Made by a program: the position numbers and the translations under genes
Shown: piece by piece, positions 10,714-20,785 of the stretch
Position numbering within the stretch: position 1 is the first letter of the stretch
Layout of the letters: each line of letters opens with the position of its first letter
Assembly: GCA_903930075.1 (NCBI GenBank)
Contig: CAIYWZ010000017.1
Span: forward strand, 1 to 46,760
Source of the DNA: an uncultured Alphaproteobacteria bacterium
GTDB taxonomy: Bacteria; Pseudomonadota; Alphaproteobacteria; CAIYWZ01
Direction of reading: 5' to 3'
DNA: 46,760 nt
Notes under the pieces: model-generated
The model's input: only the letters and a program-made list of their open reading frames with translations
Told to the model about the DNA's origin: nothing
The model's database searches: none

Positions 10714-10724
10714 ACGTGATATTT

Positions 10725-11606
10725 TTAATTCTTAAGATCATCTAAAATATCTGTTATAGACATTTCATCTTCTTCATCAGTTGCCCAATGATTTAAATTG
10801 CTTTTTAGAACTTTTTCTACTAAGTCGATTAAGCCAGGCGTTTGTTTAATCAGCTGTATAATGGCTGGAGATTGAAAATAAATCCAATCTAAATTGACTT
10901 TATCTTGGTTTCCAAGGAGTGTTTCTATAATATTTTGCGCTCTTGGGGTATTATCCAGCTCTATAAAAACTTCTGCTGCGAGCATTTGTTCATTTTGATC
11001 TAATTTGTGCTGAATCATAAGGGTTTCAAGATATAAATTTAGGGATGATTTAGATTCTTTAAGTTCTATGAGCTCTTTGATTGACGATAGCTTTATCCAT
11101 ATATTTTGAAAGTCTTGTTCGTCTTGCATGAGAAGTATATCAATAAAAATCTCTTGAGCACGTTTTTTGTGGCCAATATCTAGAAAAAGTTCTGCAATAT
11201 CGAAAGAAGATGTAAGTGATTGGAAAGGTGATTTTTGACTAAAAATGAGTGTTTTTTCAAGAGCACTGATAATCAGATCTGATTCTATTTCATCATCAAT
11301 AAGCGATCTAATCGCTGGTAAACGCACCCATAATCCTTCCTCTTCAAAAGATGATGGGCTGTTTAATATGCCTTCTAATATGCCTTTTGCTTTATCGAAC
11401 TTGTTTTTCTGACTGTGTAAATGAGCTTGACGTAATAACCTTGGAAACTCAGCTACGCGATAATCCTCCCTTTGCATTGTAAGCTGCTGATTTAAATGAG
11501 AAGATCCGGCTAAAAAAAATGCGAAAAGGTGATTCAGTCCTATACCATGAGATTTGTGGGAATAAAATGCAAAAAAAGAAGCAAATATAATAACATTTCT
11601 ATTCAT
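10725..11606 (-). CDS. Hypothetical helical-repeat (TPR-like) protein with N-terminal hydrophobic segment
   Basis: 293 aa, last gene after trkA; three related units of about 73 aa (xAxxIxxxLL...W...AI..LI). Confidence 0.65.
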   Translation of the reverse strand: MNRNVIIFASFFAFYSHKSHGIGLNHLFAFFLAGSSHLNQQLTMQREDYRVAEFPRLLRQAHLHSQKNKFDKAKGILEGILNSPSSFEEEGLWVRLPAIRSLIDDEIESDLIISALEKTLIFSQKSPFQSLTSSFDIAELFLDIGHKKRAQEIFIDILLMQDEQDFQNIWIKLSSIKELIELKESKSSLNLYLETLMIQHKLDQNEQMLAAEVFIELDNTPRAQNIIETLLGNQDKVNLDWIYFQSPAIIQLIKQTPGLIDLVEKVLKSNLNHWATDEEDEMSITDILDDLKN

Positions 11607-11617
11607 CTAATGCCCTT

Positions 11618-12997
11618 CTAGAATAAATACTCAGTACGATTTGTAAATAGCTTTTCAGCTTTTTTAGTGGAATGGGCTGCAACAATCATAATCACGTAAT
11701 CTCCTGGTATCATGGCAAGATTCTCTGTTGCAAAAATGATATCTCCGTTTCGAACCACGGCAAGGATTTGCATCACATTTCGAAGGTTAATTTTTTTCAC
11801 AAAACATCCAGCGATGGGGCTTGCGTTTGTGACTTCTCCCTCAATGACCTCGGCAACACCATCTTTGAGTGAGTGAATAGATTTAATGCTTCCACGTCTG
11901 AGGTAATGTAAAATCGAGGAAATTGTAATCGATCTTGGATTAATAATGCCATCTACGCCCAAAGAGGACATTAAAGAGTTGTAATTTGTACTGTTAATCA
12001 AAGACAGAGTTCGTTTTGCACCAAGTTTTTTTGCCAAAAGTGATGAGAGAATATTCACTTTATCGTCATTTGTCACTGAAACAACAATTTCGGAACCTCC
12101 CACATTTGCTTCTTGGAGAATATCACTGTCGAGGGCATTTCCATAAATAACAACAGAATTTGAGAATTTTTCAGAGAGAAGCTGTGCCTGTTTTTTAGAG
12201 TTTTCAATTATTTTGGTTTTTAAATTGGGAAAATGAGGCTCTAAAAATTTGGATAAATTGCGCCCAATATTTCCTCCCCCAATGATCACGACTCTTTTAA
12301 AAGGCTCGCTATAATATCCAAACATTTGCATTGTTTTGGGGGCGTCGTCTTTCTTGCAAATAAAATAAACTTCATCTCCTGCAATGATCACATCATGCTC
12401 TTGGGGAAATATAATTTGGTCATGGCGGATAATCAGGATGATATTAAACTCAGTATTGCTCAAAAGTGGGGACAACAGTTTCAATGGGGTATGCAAAATG
12501 GAAGAATCAGGGAGCGCCCTGGCACCGATGAGTAAAATTTGACCCTGTGCCAAGCATTCTACCTCAAAAGATCCTGATATATTGATATTTCTTTCAATGG
12601 CTTTGGCGATTTCTATTTCTGGTGAGATAATGTGATCAATGCCAATATTTTTTGCAGCAAAAAGAGATGACCATTCGGGATCTAAATAAGATTGATCTCT
12701 GATACGTGCGATTTTTGTGGGTACGCTAAAAATAGTATGGGCCACTTGGCATGCGACCATATTAATTTCATCCGAAGAGGTCACTGCAATGAGCAAATCG
12801 GCCTCATTTGTTCCAGCGCGTCGCATAATATCTGGCTGGCAAGGATGTCCGATGATCGTTTGAACATCGAATTCTTCATTGAGTGTTTCTATTGTTTCTT
12901 GGGAAGAGTCAATGACAGTGACATCATTATCCGTTTGAGAGAGATATTTTGCAAGACTGTGACCAACTTGACCAGCTCCGCAGATAACAATTTTCAT
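11618..12997 (-). CDS. trkA: Trk potassium uptake NAD-binding subunit
   Basis: Two RCK_N Rossmann motifs (ICGAGQVG, IIGGGNIG), D(E)INM, IISPE; follows ntrX as in alphaproteobacteria. Confidence 0.95.
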   Translation of the reverse strand: MKIVICGAGQVGHSLAKYLSQTDNDVTVIDSSQETIETLNEEFDVQTIIGHPCQPDIMRRAGTNEADLLIAVTSSDEINMVACQVAHTIFSVPTKIARIRDQSYLDPEWSSLFAAKNIGIDHIISPEIEIAKAIERNINISGSFEVECLAQGQILLIGARALPDSSILHTPLKLLSPLLSNTEFNIILIIRHDQIIFPQEHDVIIAGDEVYFICKKDDAPKTMQMFGYYSEPFKRVVIIGGGNIGRNLSKFLEPHFPNLKTKIIENSKKQAQLLSEKFSNSVVIYGNALDSDILQEANVGGSEIVVSVTNDDKVNILSSLLAKKLGAKRTLSLINSTNYNSLMSSLGVDGIINPRSITISSILHYLRRGSIKSIHSLKDGVAEVIEGEVTNASPIAGCFVKKINLRNVMQILAVVRNGDIIFATENLAMIPGDYVIMIVAAHSTKKAEKLFTNRTEYLF

Positions 12998-12998
12998 T

Positions 12999-14408
12999 TT
13001 ACATACTCAGTGTTCTTAACCTGTTTTGCCTATCTTCCACGCCTAAAGTTTTTAATTTTCTATGAAGGGCAGAGCGTTCCATTTCTATAAATTGTGCTGT
13101 TTGAGAAATATTCCCTGAGAACCTATGAATTTGTGCCTCTAAATAATGTTTCTCAAAAGATTCTCTAGCTTCCTTAAGGGGCATTTTTAGTATTTCACTG
13201 CTTTTATCCCAATTCAACAAAGGTGATGCGGCTTTCATAATTTCTTTGGGCAACATGTTTGGCGTAATTTCAGCATCGTCTTTTTGGGGAGACATGATGA
13301 GCAGCCATTCTATCATATTGATAAATTGTTTTAAATTTCCTGGCCATTCATAATTTTGAAGGACAGCAATGGAATCTGGAGAAACAGTTTTTGCAGGTAA
13401 CCCAAATCTTTGACTAATACGCTTCATATAATGATCTAGCAACTTCGGGATATCATCTTTGTACTGACATAGAGCCGGAGTTTGTATGGGGATCACAGAA
13501 AGACGATAAAATAAATCCTCCCGGAATCTTCCCTCCTTAATTTCGGTTTCAATATTTTTAGCACTGGAGGCTAAAACGCGTACATCAACTTTAAACGATT
13601 TTGTGCTGTTCAAACGCGTCACGGATTGGTCTTGTAAAATGCGCACAATTTTATTCTGGGTATTCATGGGCATGTCGCATATTTCATCCAAGAAAAGTGT
13701 TCCGTTGTCTGCTTTTTCAAGGAAACCTGGGAATGTGGAGATTGAGCCATCTGGATTTTTTTCATCTATCCCAAACAATTCCCTTTCCAACGTTTCTGAA
13801 TTTAATAAGGCGCAATTAACGATAATAAAAGGGGCATTTTTCCGGCGCGATAACCCGTGAATTTTTTGTGCAACCAGTTCTTTTCCGCTTCCAGTGGGTC
13901 CTGTGATGAGGACTCTGCAATTGGTTGCAGCCACTTTCTCGATAGATTGTCGCAATTGCATAATTGGCTGCGTGGTGCCGATAATATCGCTGTGATAAGA
14001 CAGTTTCGATTTTAAATCTTCGTTTTCTTTTTTTAAGCTATGGGTTTCAATAGCCCTGCCCGTGAGAAGAAGAAGTTTTTCTGTTTTAAAGGGTTTCTCA
14101 AGGAAATCGTATGCGCCAATTTTAATGGCATTGACGGCCGTTTCAACTGTCCCATGACCACTTATGATCAAAATAGGTACATTCATGTCTTCTTTTTTTA
14201 AGATTTCTAATAGTTTTAAATTGTCATAACGCGGGTCATTGAGCCATACATCTAAAATAACCAGATGTGGCCGTTTTTCTTTGAACTTGATGAGTGCATC
14301 ATCTCCGTTGCCTGTTGTGCGGGTCGAATATCCCTCATCGGTTAATAATCCCGAGATGCTTTCTTGAATATCTTTTTCGTCATCAATAATAAGAATATCG
14401 TATCTCAT
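12999..14408 (-). CDS. ntrX: NtrX-type response regulator (REC-AAA+-HTH)
   Basis: LDVWL receiver, ISGHG, GPTGSGKE, LFLDEI, FREDLFYRL, WPGN, GNISQTAQFIEMERSALHRKLK; no GAFTGA loop. Confidence 0.92.
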   Translation of the reverse strand: MRYDILIIDDEKDIQESISGLLTDEGYSTRTTGNGDDALIKFKEKRPHLVILDVWLNDPRYDNLKLLEILKKEDMNVPILIISGHGTVETAVNAIKIGAYDFLEKPFKTEKLLLLTGRAIETHSLKKENEDLKSKLSYHSDIIGTTQPIMQLRQSIEKVAATNCRVLITGPTGSGKELVAQKIHGLSRRKNAPFIIVNCALLNSETLERELFGIDEKNPDGSISTFPGFLEKADNGTLFLDEICDMPMNTQNKIVRILQDQSVTRLNSTKSFKVDVRVLASSAKNIETEIKEGRFREDLFYRLSVIPIQTPALCQYKDDIPKLLDHYMKRISQRFGLPAKTVSPDSIAVLQNYEWPGNLKQFINMIEWLLIMSPQKDDAEITPNMLPKEIMKAASPLLNWDKSSEILKMPLKEARESFEKHYLEAQIHRFSGNISQTAQFIEMERSALHRKLKTLGVEDRQNRLRTLSM

Positions 14409-14423
14409 AATCTTATACTCTTT

Positions 14424-15233
14424 CTAAACGGTTGTTATTTTATCATGCGTTATTGGAAGGCGCATCATATCAATTAAATTTCGCAGTTCTTGTTTTGCGG
14501 AAATATGGGATAAGGTTAAGGTTTGACCTGTGTCTTCTAAATCAAGCAAGGTGAGTCCTTTCAAGAAAAGCTCTCTAAAAATGACGCGCTCTCCAAATCC
14601 TGCGGAGAATCTAAACCCCAAACGTTTGGAAAGCAAGGAAAGAATGCTTTCCATTTCAAGTTTGTTTTTGGCTTGAATATTGGATAGCCTATTGCGCATC
14701 ACGATCCAATCAATGCTTTGCTTATTGCGTATGGCTCGCTCTTTCTTTTGTTCCCATATCATTTCTGCATAAATACTGGGTTTGAGGTTGTCGTGAAGGG
14801 AATCTAGCTGCATAATCACATCCAGATCAATAAAACTATCATTGATGGGAGTGATGATCGTATTGGCGTGGGAATGGGCAAGTCTTGAAATATAGGTATC
14901 GCTCCCGGGGGTGTCAATGATGATATAATCTTTGTGGCTCAAGGATTCAAGTGCGTTTTCAAGATTTTTTTGATCTTCATTTTTTGCATCACCGCTATAT
15001 TCGGCCTCTGATCTATATAAGCGTATATGCTCACTTTGGGGCAGGGGAATACCTGTTTGTGCAATATAATTTTTTCTATTTTCTATATATCTTGATAATG
15101 TCCCTTGCCTTGCATCAATATCTATTGTGCCAACCGATGCTCCGAGTCTTAAAATATTGACCAAAATGTGCATTGAGATTGTTGATTTCCCAGTGCCTCC
15201 TTTTTCATTTCCTAAAACAATAATATAACTCAA
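14424..15233 (-). CDS. mipZ: Division plane positioning ATPase MipZ (ParA family)
   Basis: GNEKGGTGKST, IDTPGSD, TPINDSFIDLD, DWIVMRNRL, ERVIFRELF..GLTLLD; TTG start. Confidence 0.9.
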   Translation of the reverse strand: MSYIIVLGNEKGGTGKSTISMHILVNILRLGASVGTIDIDARQGTLSRYIENRKNYIAQTGIPLPQSEHIRLYRSEAEYSGDAKNEDQKNLENALESLSHKDYIIIDTPGSDTYISRLAHSHANTIITPINDSFIDLDVIMQLDSLHDNLKPSIYAEMIWEQKKERAIRNKQSIDWIVMRNRLSNIQAKNKLEMESILSLLSKRLGFRFSAGFGERVIFRELFLKGLTLLDLEDTGQTLTLSHISAKQELRNLIDMMRLPITHDKITTV

Positions 15234-15258
15234 CTTGAAATTTGCCTTTCACATTTTA

Positions 15259-15924
15259 TCAAAGTGTACCCCCAAGAATACTCCCATATTTATCTAGGAT
15301 TATGATCATAGAAGCAAGTAGAAAAGTTTTGGGATCAAAACTATTTACATTTAAAACAGTTTCAAGCCGGGGAAGAATGATGAAAATGCCAAATACGATG
15401 AACAGTCCCATAGGTTCCAGTTTATACCAATAATCAGATAAACTTCTTGGCAGGAGTTCTCCAACGATACGCCCACCATCCAGGGGAAGGATGGGAACAA
15501 GGTTGAATAATCCAATACTGATATTGAAGCATGTGAAAAATATCATCGCCTCTTTTGCAAAAACCATGTGTGAGGGGAGTGATAAAAACACCCAGAACCC
15601 TAAGAATGACAAAATGAAATTGGATAAGGGACCTGCAAGGGTGGCAAGAATCATGTCGAACCGTGGATAATAGAGGCGTCGTTGATCAATGGGGACTGGT
15701 TTTGCCCAACCAAAGGAAACACCCATTGAAAAGTATAAAACGAGTGGAAGCACAACAGTTCCAAAAGGATCAATGTGTTTGAGTGGATTTAAAGAGAGTC
15801 TGCCAAGGATTTTGGCTGTGGGATCACCCCGCAGGTATGCAACCATCCCATGGGACCATTCGTGAATAATGATCGAGGCAATGATGAGCATGAAATAGAT
15901 CAAAAATGTAAATATCTTCTCCAT
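15259..15924 (-). CDS. Site-2 protease family (M50) membrane metalloprotease
   Basis: HEWSH, GDPTA..GRLSLNP, GWAKPVP, AGPLSN, FNLVPILPLDGG. Confidence 0.92.
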   Translation of the reverse strand: MEKIFTFLIYFMLIIASIIIHEWSHGMVAYLRGDPTAKILGRLSLNPLKHIDPFGTVVLPLVLYFSMGVSFGWAKPVPIDQRRLYYPRFDMILATLAGPLSNFILSFLGFWVFLSLPSHMVFAKEAMIFFTCFNISIGLFNLVPILPLDGGRIVGELLPRSLSDYWYKLEPMGLFIVFGIFIILPRLETVLNVNSFDPKTFLLASMIIILDKYGSILGGTL

Positions 15925-16661
15925 TATTTAACCATACATCCAATATTCATTTGTTTGAGTTTTTTACAGGCCAACGCTGCTTCAGCGCGGGTTTCAAATT
16001 CCCCTAAACGAACCGCCGTATAGACCCCTTTTTCACCAGCATCAATATTGACATAGCTCACGGGTAAGTTTGATAATAAATCTCCATTGAGCCTTTTGAC
16101 TCTTTCAAACTCTTCTTTTGCCTTATCCAAGGATTTTAAAGAAGCGATTTGAATTTTAAATTCCTTTGACTTTCCCTTCTTCTTCAAGGGAGCCTGAACA
16201 GGTGTGGTTTTTTCGGCTTTGGGTAGAGATTGAATCGCCTTGTCAATGACCTGGGTAATATTTTCAGGTTGTGTTTCGATCACGATAGTTCCAGGTTGCG
16301 GGTTTTGAGGTAAATCGAGCATCGGTTCAATCGAGGGGGGGAGAACGATACGCTCCACCTGAGCATCTTTTGGAGACTTTTGTGTTTCTTTGCGCAAAAG
16401 GTTTTGATACACCATTTTATCTTGATGGGGGATAATTTCCCCTCCTGGGTCTTCGGGTTTAATTTTAATAGGCGTTTTGGATGCGCTGATCACGGGCACG
16501 CCAGCAGAATTTTTCTGATAAGGATTAATGATATGCCAGGCAATAATCAACACTCCAATAATCAATGCCGAAAGAATAACAAAGCCCACGGGGTTTTTGA
16601 AAATCCACCACCATTTTTCGTCTTCGTATTCAGGAGGCCTATTCCATGGGTCTGCTCTCAT
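15924..16661 (-). CDS. SPOR-domain cell division protein (FtsN-like)
   Basis: N-terminal TM, PIKIKPEDPGG motif, C-terminal SPOR (IQIASL...A...CKKLK...C); downstream of argS. Confidence 0.85.
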   Translation of the reverse strand: MRADPWNRPPEYEDEKWWWIFKNPVGFVILSALIIGVLIIAWHIINPYQKNSAGVPVISASKTPIKIKPEDPGGEIIPHQDKMVYQNLLRKETQKSPKDAQVERIVLPPSIEPMLDLPQNPQPGTIVIETQPENITQVIDKAIQSLPKAEKTTPVQAPLKKKGKSKEFKIQIASLKSLDKAKEEFERVKRLNGDLLSNLPVSYVNIDAGEKGVYTAVRLGEFETRAEAALACKKLKQMNIGCMVK

Positions 16662-18412
16662 GAACGCATTTCCTCCAAAGCTTTAACCCCTAAGATTTCC
16701 AGGCCATTTTTAAGCGTTGTTTGCAAGGCGCTGATCAAACAAATGCGGGCAAAAGTCGTGTCCTTATGGTCTGGCAAAATAAAGCGCAGCATGGCATCTT
16801 CTTTTCCTTTATTCCAAAGACTGTGGAAAAGGGCAGAAAGGTCATAGAGATAATACACAATTCGGTGGGGTTCTTTCAAAAGAGCCGCGTGTTCCACACA
16901 CATGGGGAATTGTCCGATGAACCATAACAAATGAATTTCATCGGGCGATAAATGATTAAAAGAGTCAAGGGTAATGTCACTTGACGAACGCATATCTGGA
17001 AACACCTCTTTTGTTTGCCTAAACACAGAATGACAACGTGCGTGGGCATATTGTACGTAAAATACTGGATTTTCTTTAGATTGCTCTTTTACCTTTGAAT
17101 AGTCAAGATCAATGTGCGCATCATTTTTTCTTGTGAGCATCACAAAGCGGGCCACATCTTTGCCAACTGCATCTATAATATCTTCAAGTGTGATGAAGGT
17201 GCCGGCGCGCTTGGACATTTTAACGGGCTGACCATTGTCGAGGAAATTCACCATTTGGCAGATGCGAACCTCTAAAACCCCGTCGCCATCGGTCAATGCC
17301 TTAAGGCCTGCAACAATACGTTTGACATATCCTCCATGATCTGCGCCCAAAACATCGATCTGCTGTTTGAACCCACGCCTATATTTATCATAATGATACG
17401 CAAGGTCTTTGGCAAAATAAGTCCAGCTTCCATCTGACCTTTGCAAGGGCCTGTCCACATCGTCTCCAAATTCAGAGGATTTGAAGATAAGCTGCTCTTT
17501 TGATTCCCATTCATCGATTTGAACGCCTTTAGGGGCTTCTAAAATACCTTTATAAATCAGGCCTTTTGCGCGCAATGTTTCAATGGCCGCATCCACAGAT
17601 CCATCCTTAACCAGAGCATCTTCTGAGCGAAAGACCATATTGGTGATGCCAAACTTTTCTAAGGTTGTTTTGATTTCATCCATGAGGAAATTTACGGTAA
17701 ACACTCTAAATTCTTCAAGCCAAACTTCTTGGGGTGCATGTAAAAATTGATCTCCATATTTTTGCACCAACCCTTGCCCCACATCTTTGAGGTATTCGCC
17801 CGGGTAAAGTCCTTCTGGAATTTCCCCAATATCTTGTCCTAAAGCTTCCCTGTAGCGCACATAAGCTGATTTTGCAAGTTTTTCCGTTTGCCCGCCGCCA
17901 TCGTTGATATAGTATTCCTTTTGAACATCAAAACCTGTTTTTAGAAGCAAATTGGCAATCACGTCGCCTGCAACAGAAGGTCTGGAATGCCCCGCATGCA
18001 AGGGGCCTGTGGGGTTTGCGGACACATATTCCACGTTGATTTTTGTCCCCTTACCAACATCACAGGAGCCGTAAAGATCACCCAGCGTTAGAATAGAGGC
18101 CAACAGCTTATGCAGAAGTATTTTTTTAACCTTAATATTGATAAAACCCGCCCCGGCGATCTTGGCATCCTCAACATATTCGAGCTTTTGAATCTCAGGC
18201 AAGAGTAAATCTGCCAAAATACGGGGGTTTTTACCTTCTGATTTGGAAAGAACCATGGCGGCATTTGTGGTTAAATCGCCATGTTGATAATCTTTGGGTG
18301 GATCAACGGCAATTCTGGAAAACACATCCGGAGCACTTTTCAAGGCGTCTTTCCCGTGTAGCTGCATCAAAATTTCTTGTATATCGTTGTAGGCAATAGA
18401 AAATAAGTTCAT
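16658..18412 (-). CDS. argS: Arginine--tRNA ligase
   Basis: EYVSANPTGPLHAGH (HIGH-like), GADHGGY, KMSKRAG, NPVFYVQYAHAR. Confidence 0.98.
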   Translation of the reverse strand: MNLFSIAYNDIQEILMQLHGKDALKSAPDVFSRIAVDPPKDYQHGDLTTNAAMVLSKSEGKNPRILADLLLPEIQKLEYVEDAKIAGAGFINIKVKKILLHKLLASILTLGDLYGSCDVGKGTKINVEYVSANPTGPLHAGHSRPSVAGDVIANLLLKTGFDVQKEYYINDGGGQTEKLAKSAYVRYREALGQDIGEIPEGLYPGEYLKDVGQGLVQKYGDQFLHAPQEVWLEEFRVFTVNFLMDEIKTTLEKFGITNMVFRSEDALVKDGSVDAAIETLRAKGLIYKGILEAPKGVQIDEWESKEQLIFKSSEFGDDVDRPLQRSDGSWTYFAKDLAYHYDKYRRGFKQQIDVLGADHGGYVKRIVAGLKALTDGDGVLEVRICQMVNFLDNGQPVKMSKRAGTFITLEDIIDAVGKDVARFVMLTRKNDAHIDLDYSKVKEQSKENPVFYVQYAHARCHSVFRQTKEVFPDMRSSSDITLDSFNHLSPDEIHLLWFIGQFPMCVEHAALLKEPHRIVYYLYDLSALFHSLWNKGKEDAMLRFILPDHKDTTFARICLISALQTTLKNGLEILGVKALEEMRS

Positions 18413-18451
18413 TCTAGATATAAGGCTCTCAATTTGGTTTTTATATTTTAA

Positions 18452-18480
18452 AAAGTATAAGGCTTCTGGGGAAAAGTCAA
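18452..18480 (-). promoter_or_regulatory. Sigma70-type promoter of the argS operon
   Basis: Minus strand TTGACT-17 nt-TACTTT (overlapping TATACT), about 40 nt before the argS ATG. Confidence 0.55.
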
Positions 18481-18545
18481 TAGTTTTTGTAACTCCTCAG
18501 GTGCCATAAAGAAATATATTAGAATCTTGTCCAAAGATGTTATGC

Positions 18546-19604
18546 TTAATGGATTGATTGTTTGAACTTATCCAATTCATCTTTGGAAATTCCTACAATG
18601 TCACAAATGACCTCATCGGTCAATCCTTTGATGATCATTCCCGCAATCAACTGATGTTCTCTTTCTTTGCCTCTTTCCATGGCTCTTTCCCCTGCTTTTC
18701 TGCTCGCCTCTTCCACAAGATCGTCCGTATAATCAGAATACATAGCAAATTGTTCAGCAATATCTGCGTAAGATTTTTGTATGTCACTTGGTAAATTGTT
18801 AAGTCTGGTCATTTCAAAAGCCTCCAATACTTCTCTCGTTTTAATCTCTGTTTTTACATCTTTATCGCTCATCAGGTGGGCTTTTTGATAAAACGTCACC
18901 CAATCCTGCAGGTCTCTGTTCTCCATATTTTTTGGAGCATTCATAATCGAATACTGGATCAATTCCATCCCCTCAAGGTAATTGGGACTTTGCCGGTCGT
19001 TCATCTGATCTTGGAATCTATAATGGCGTATAAATTCATGGGGTTTTCCCTTCCAATGTGCCCGTTTATCTGGGGATTCGGCTAAAATATTAATCCCTAC
19101 TACACGTTTGATTTTGCTCATCTTATCCCCTTGAAAAAGCTGGCCGCCATAAAAAGAAGCTACATAAGCCAAAGCTCTTGCGTCAAAAGTATTTTAGGGA
19201 TAGACCTGCATTTCAATCAAGGCGTACTCACCATTGTCGAACCTGCAGGCAAAATCCATGACGCCGTTGTATCTGGGCTTAGGGAATGTCCCTTGCAAGT
19301 CATCAAAATGCTTCTCGAATCCCTTTAAAACCAAGACAATCTCAGGACAAACACTTTCATAAATCTCCGGATTTTGCCTCAGAAAGTCCACTGCCGTTTT
19401 GGAGTTCGAGTCCTGCAAAAATTCACGTAAATTCTGCAATTCTTGTAAAGGATTCATATGTTCATCAAGCCTTTGAGACGATTCCACGTGGATACCGGGC
19501 AAAAACGCCTTAAAAAACGACGAGCGCAAATGTTCCTCGTTCAAAACTCTCTTAAAAAGCGGATCATAAGTGGTATTTCCAAAAATCTGCCCCTGATATG
19601 TCAT
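18546..19604 (-). pseudogene. Rpn / PD-(D/E)XK nuclease family protein interrupted by one in-frame TAA
   Basis: TYDPLFK, MDFAC, LIEMQV, RALAY motifs; ORFs 19194-19604 and 18546-19172 are one frame: ...IEMQVYP*NTFDARALAYVASFY...; Rpn-like C-terminus (ERGKERE...IAGMI..GL..EVI..IVG). Confidence 0.8.
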
Positions 19605-19960
19605 CTTTCATAAAACTCCTTCATGATTATATATATCATAATTCACGGAATTTTGCAATTGGAAAATGGTCGTTTTTTAAAAGCGACTTTTGAAGATCTT
19701 TATTTATTCTTGTTCATATACGTTCTTTTTATTATTAATTTTTATTTAAAGTTTGCTTTTATATATATAGTAGAGCACCAGACAATATGACCGATGCCAC
19801 CAGACATGATGTCTGATGGTTGGGGCAAGATGGTGTGTTGTTATTCAAGCGTTTCCTTCCTATTGCCTTGTGGAATATAAAAATTATACTTTTTTATGGA
19901 AAAATTCCTGATTTCAGGTATGATGAGTTAAAAATAAAACATATAAGTACAGGAAAAAAA

Positions 19961-20785
19961 TTGAAAAAGTATCATTTTGTTGTTGAGGTTCCTTTTGAGA
20001 AAATGGAAGAAATATCGGGTGGGTTTGAGGAGACGGTGGAATCTGTTTCTTTGTTTGAGTCGCAAGAGAAGTGGTTTTTTGAGGCTATTTTCCATGAGGA
20101 GGATATCGCCCTTGTTCAGAATTTAGCTCATCAAGCTGGAATTGATGCTCCCATTGAGGTTTTGCCCGATGTGGATTGGCTCAAAAAGGTCCATGAAGAT
20201 TTTCCGCCCCTTTCCATTGGAAAGTTTTATATTTACGGATCCCATGTGAAAGAAACCCCGCCTGCAGATCTGGTTCCGCTTTTGGTGGATGCGGCCACGG
20301 CTTTTGGATCGGGGCACCATGAATCAACGTTTGGATGTTTAACGGCTTTGAGCAGGCTCCATGAAACCTATGTATTCAAATCCGCTTTGGATATGGGCTG
20401 TGGATCCGGGATTTTGGCTTTGGGGACGGCGTCTTTGTGGGATTGTCCTGTTTTGGGGATTGATAATGACCCAGAAGCGGTGCGGGTGACGATTGAAAAT
20501 GCTATCCTGAATCATAAAACAAACGTCAATGCTCGCGTGGCCGAAGGTTTTGAGGGACTTGTGGGGGAATTTGATCTGATTACAGCGAATATCTTAGCTG
20601 GCGTTCTGATCGAGATGGCACCCAAGATATTTATTCACTTAAATCCAAAGGGAATTGTGGTTTTGGCCGGTCTTTTGGCAACGCAGGCGGATGATGTGAT
20701 TAAAGCCTATGAAGAGGCCGGCATGAGTTTGGTTCAAAAGATACCAGTGGGTACGTGGAATACACTTGTGATGGAGAGAAAATGA
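19961..20785 (+). CDS. prmA: Ribosomal protein L11 methyltransferase
   Basis: DWL, AFGSGHHEST, LDMGCGSGIL, DND..AV, ANILA; probable TTG start at 19961 after AGGA rather than 19820. Confidence 0.9.
   Translation: MKKYHFVVEVPFEKMEEISGGFEETVESVSLFESQEKWFFEAIFHEEDIALVQNLAHQAGIDAPIEVLPDVDWLKKVHEDFPPLSIGKFYIYGSHVKETPPADLVPLLVDAATAFGSGHHESTFGCLTALSRLHETYVFKSALDMGCGSGILALGTASLWDCPVLGIDNDPEAVRVTIENAILNHKTNVNARVAEGFEGLVGEFDLITANILAGVLIEMAPKIFIHLNPKGIVVLAGLLATQADDVIKAYEEAGMSLVQKIPVGTWNTLVMERK

Noticed and set aside
19820-19960. 47-aa N-terminal extension of PrmA in the ORF track
   Set aside because: AT-rich promoter-like DNA; a TTG with AGGA RBS at 19961 gives a normal-length protein
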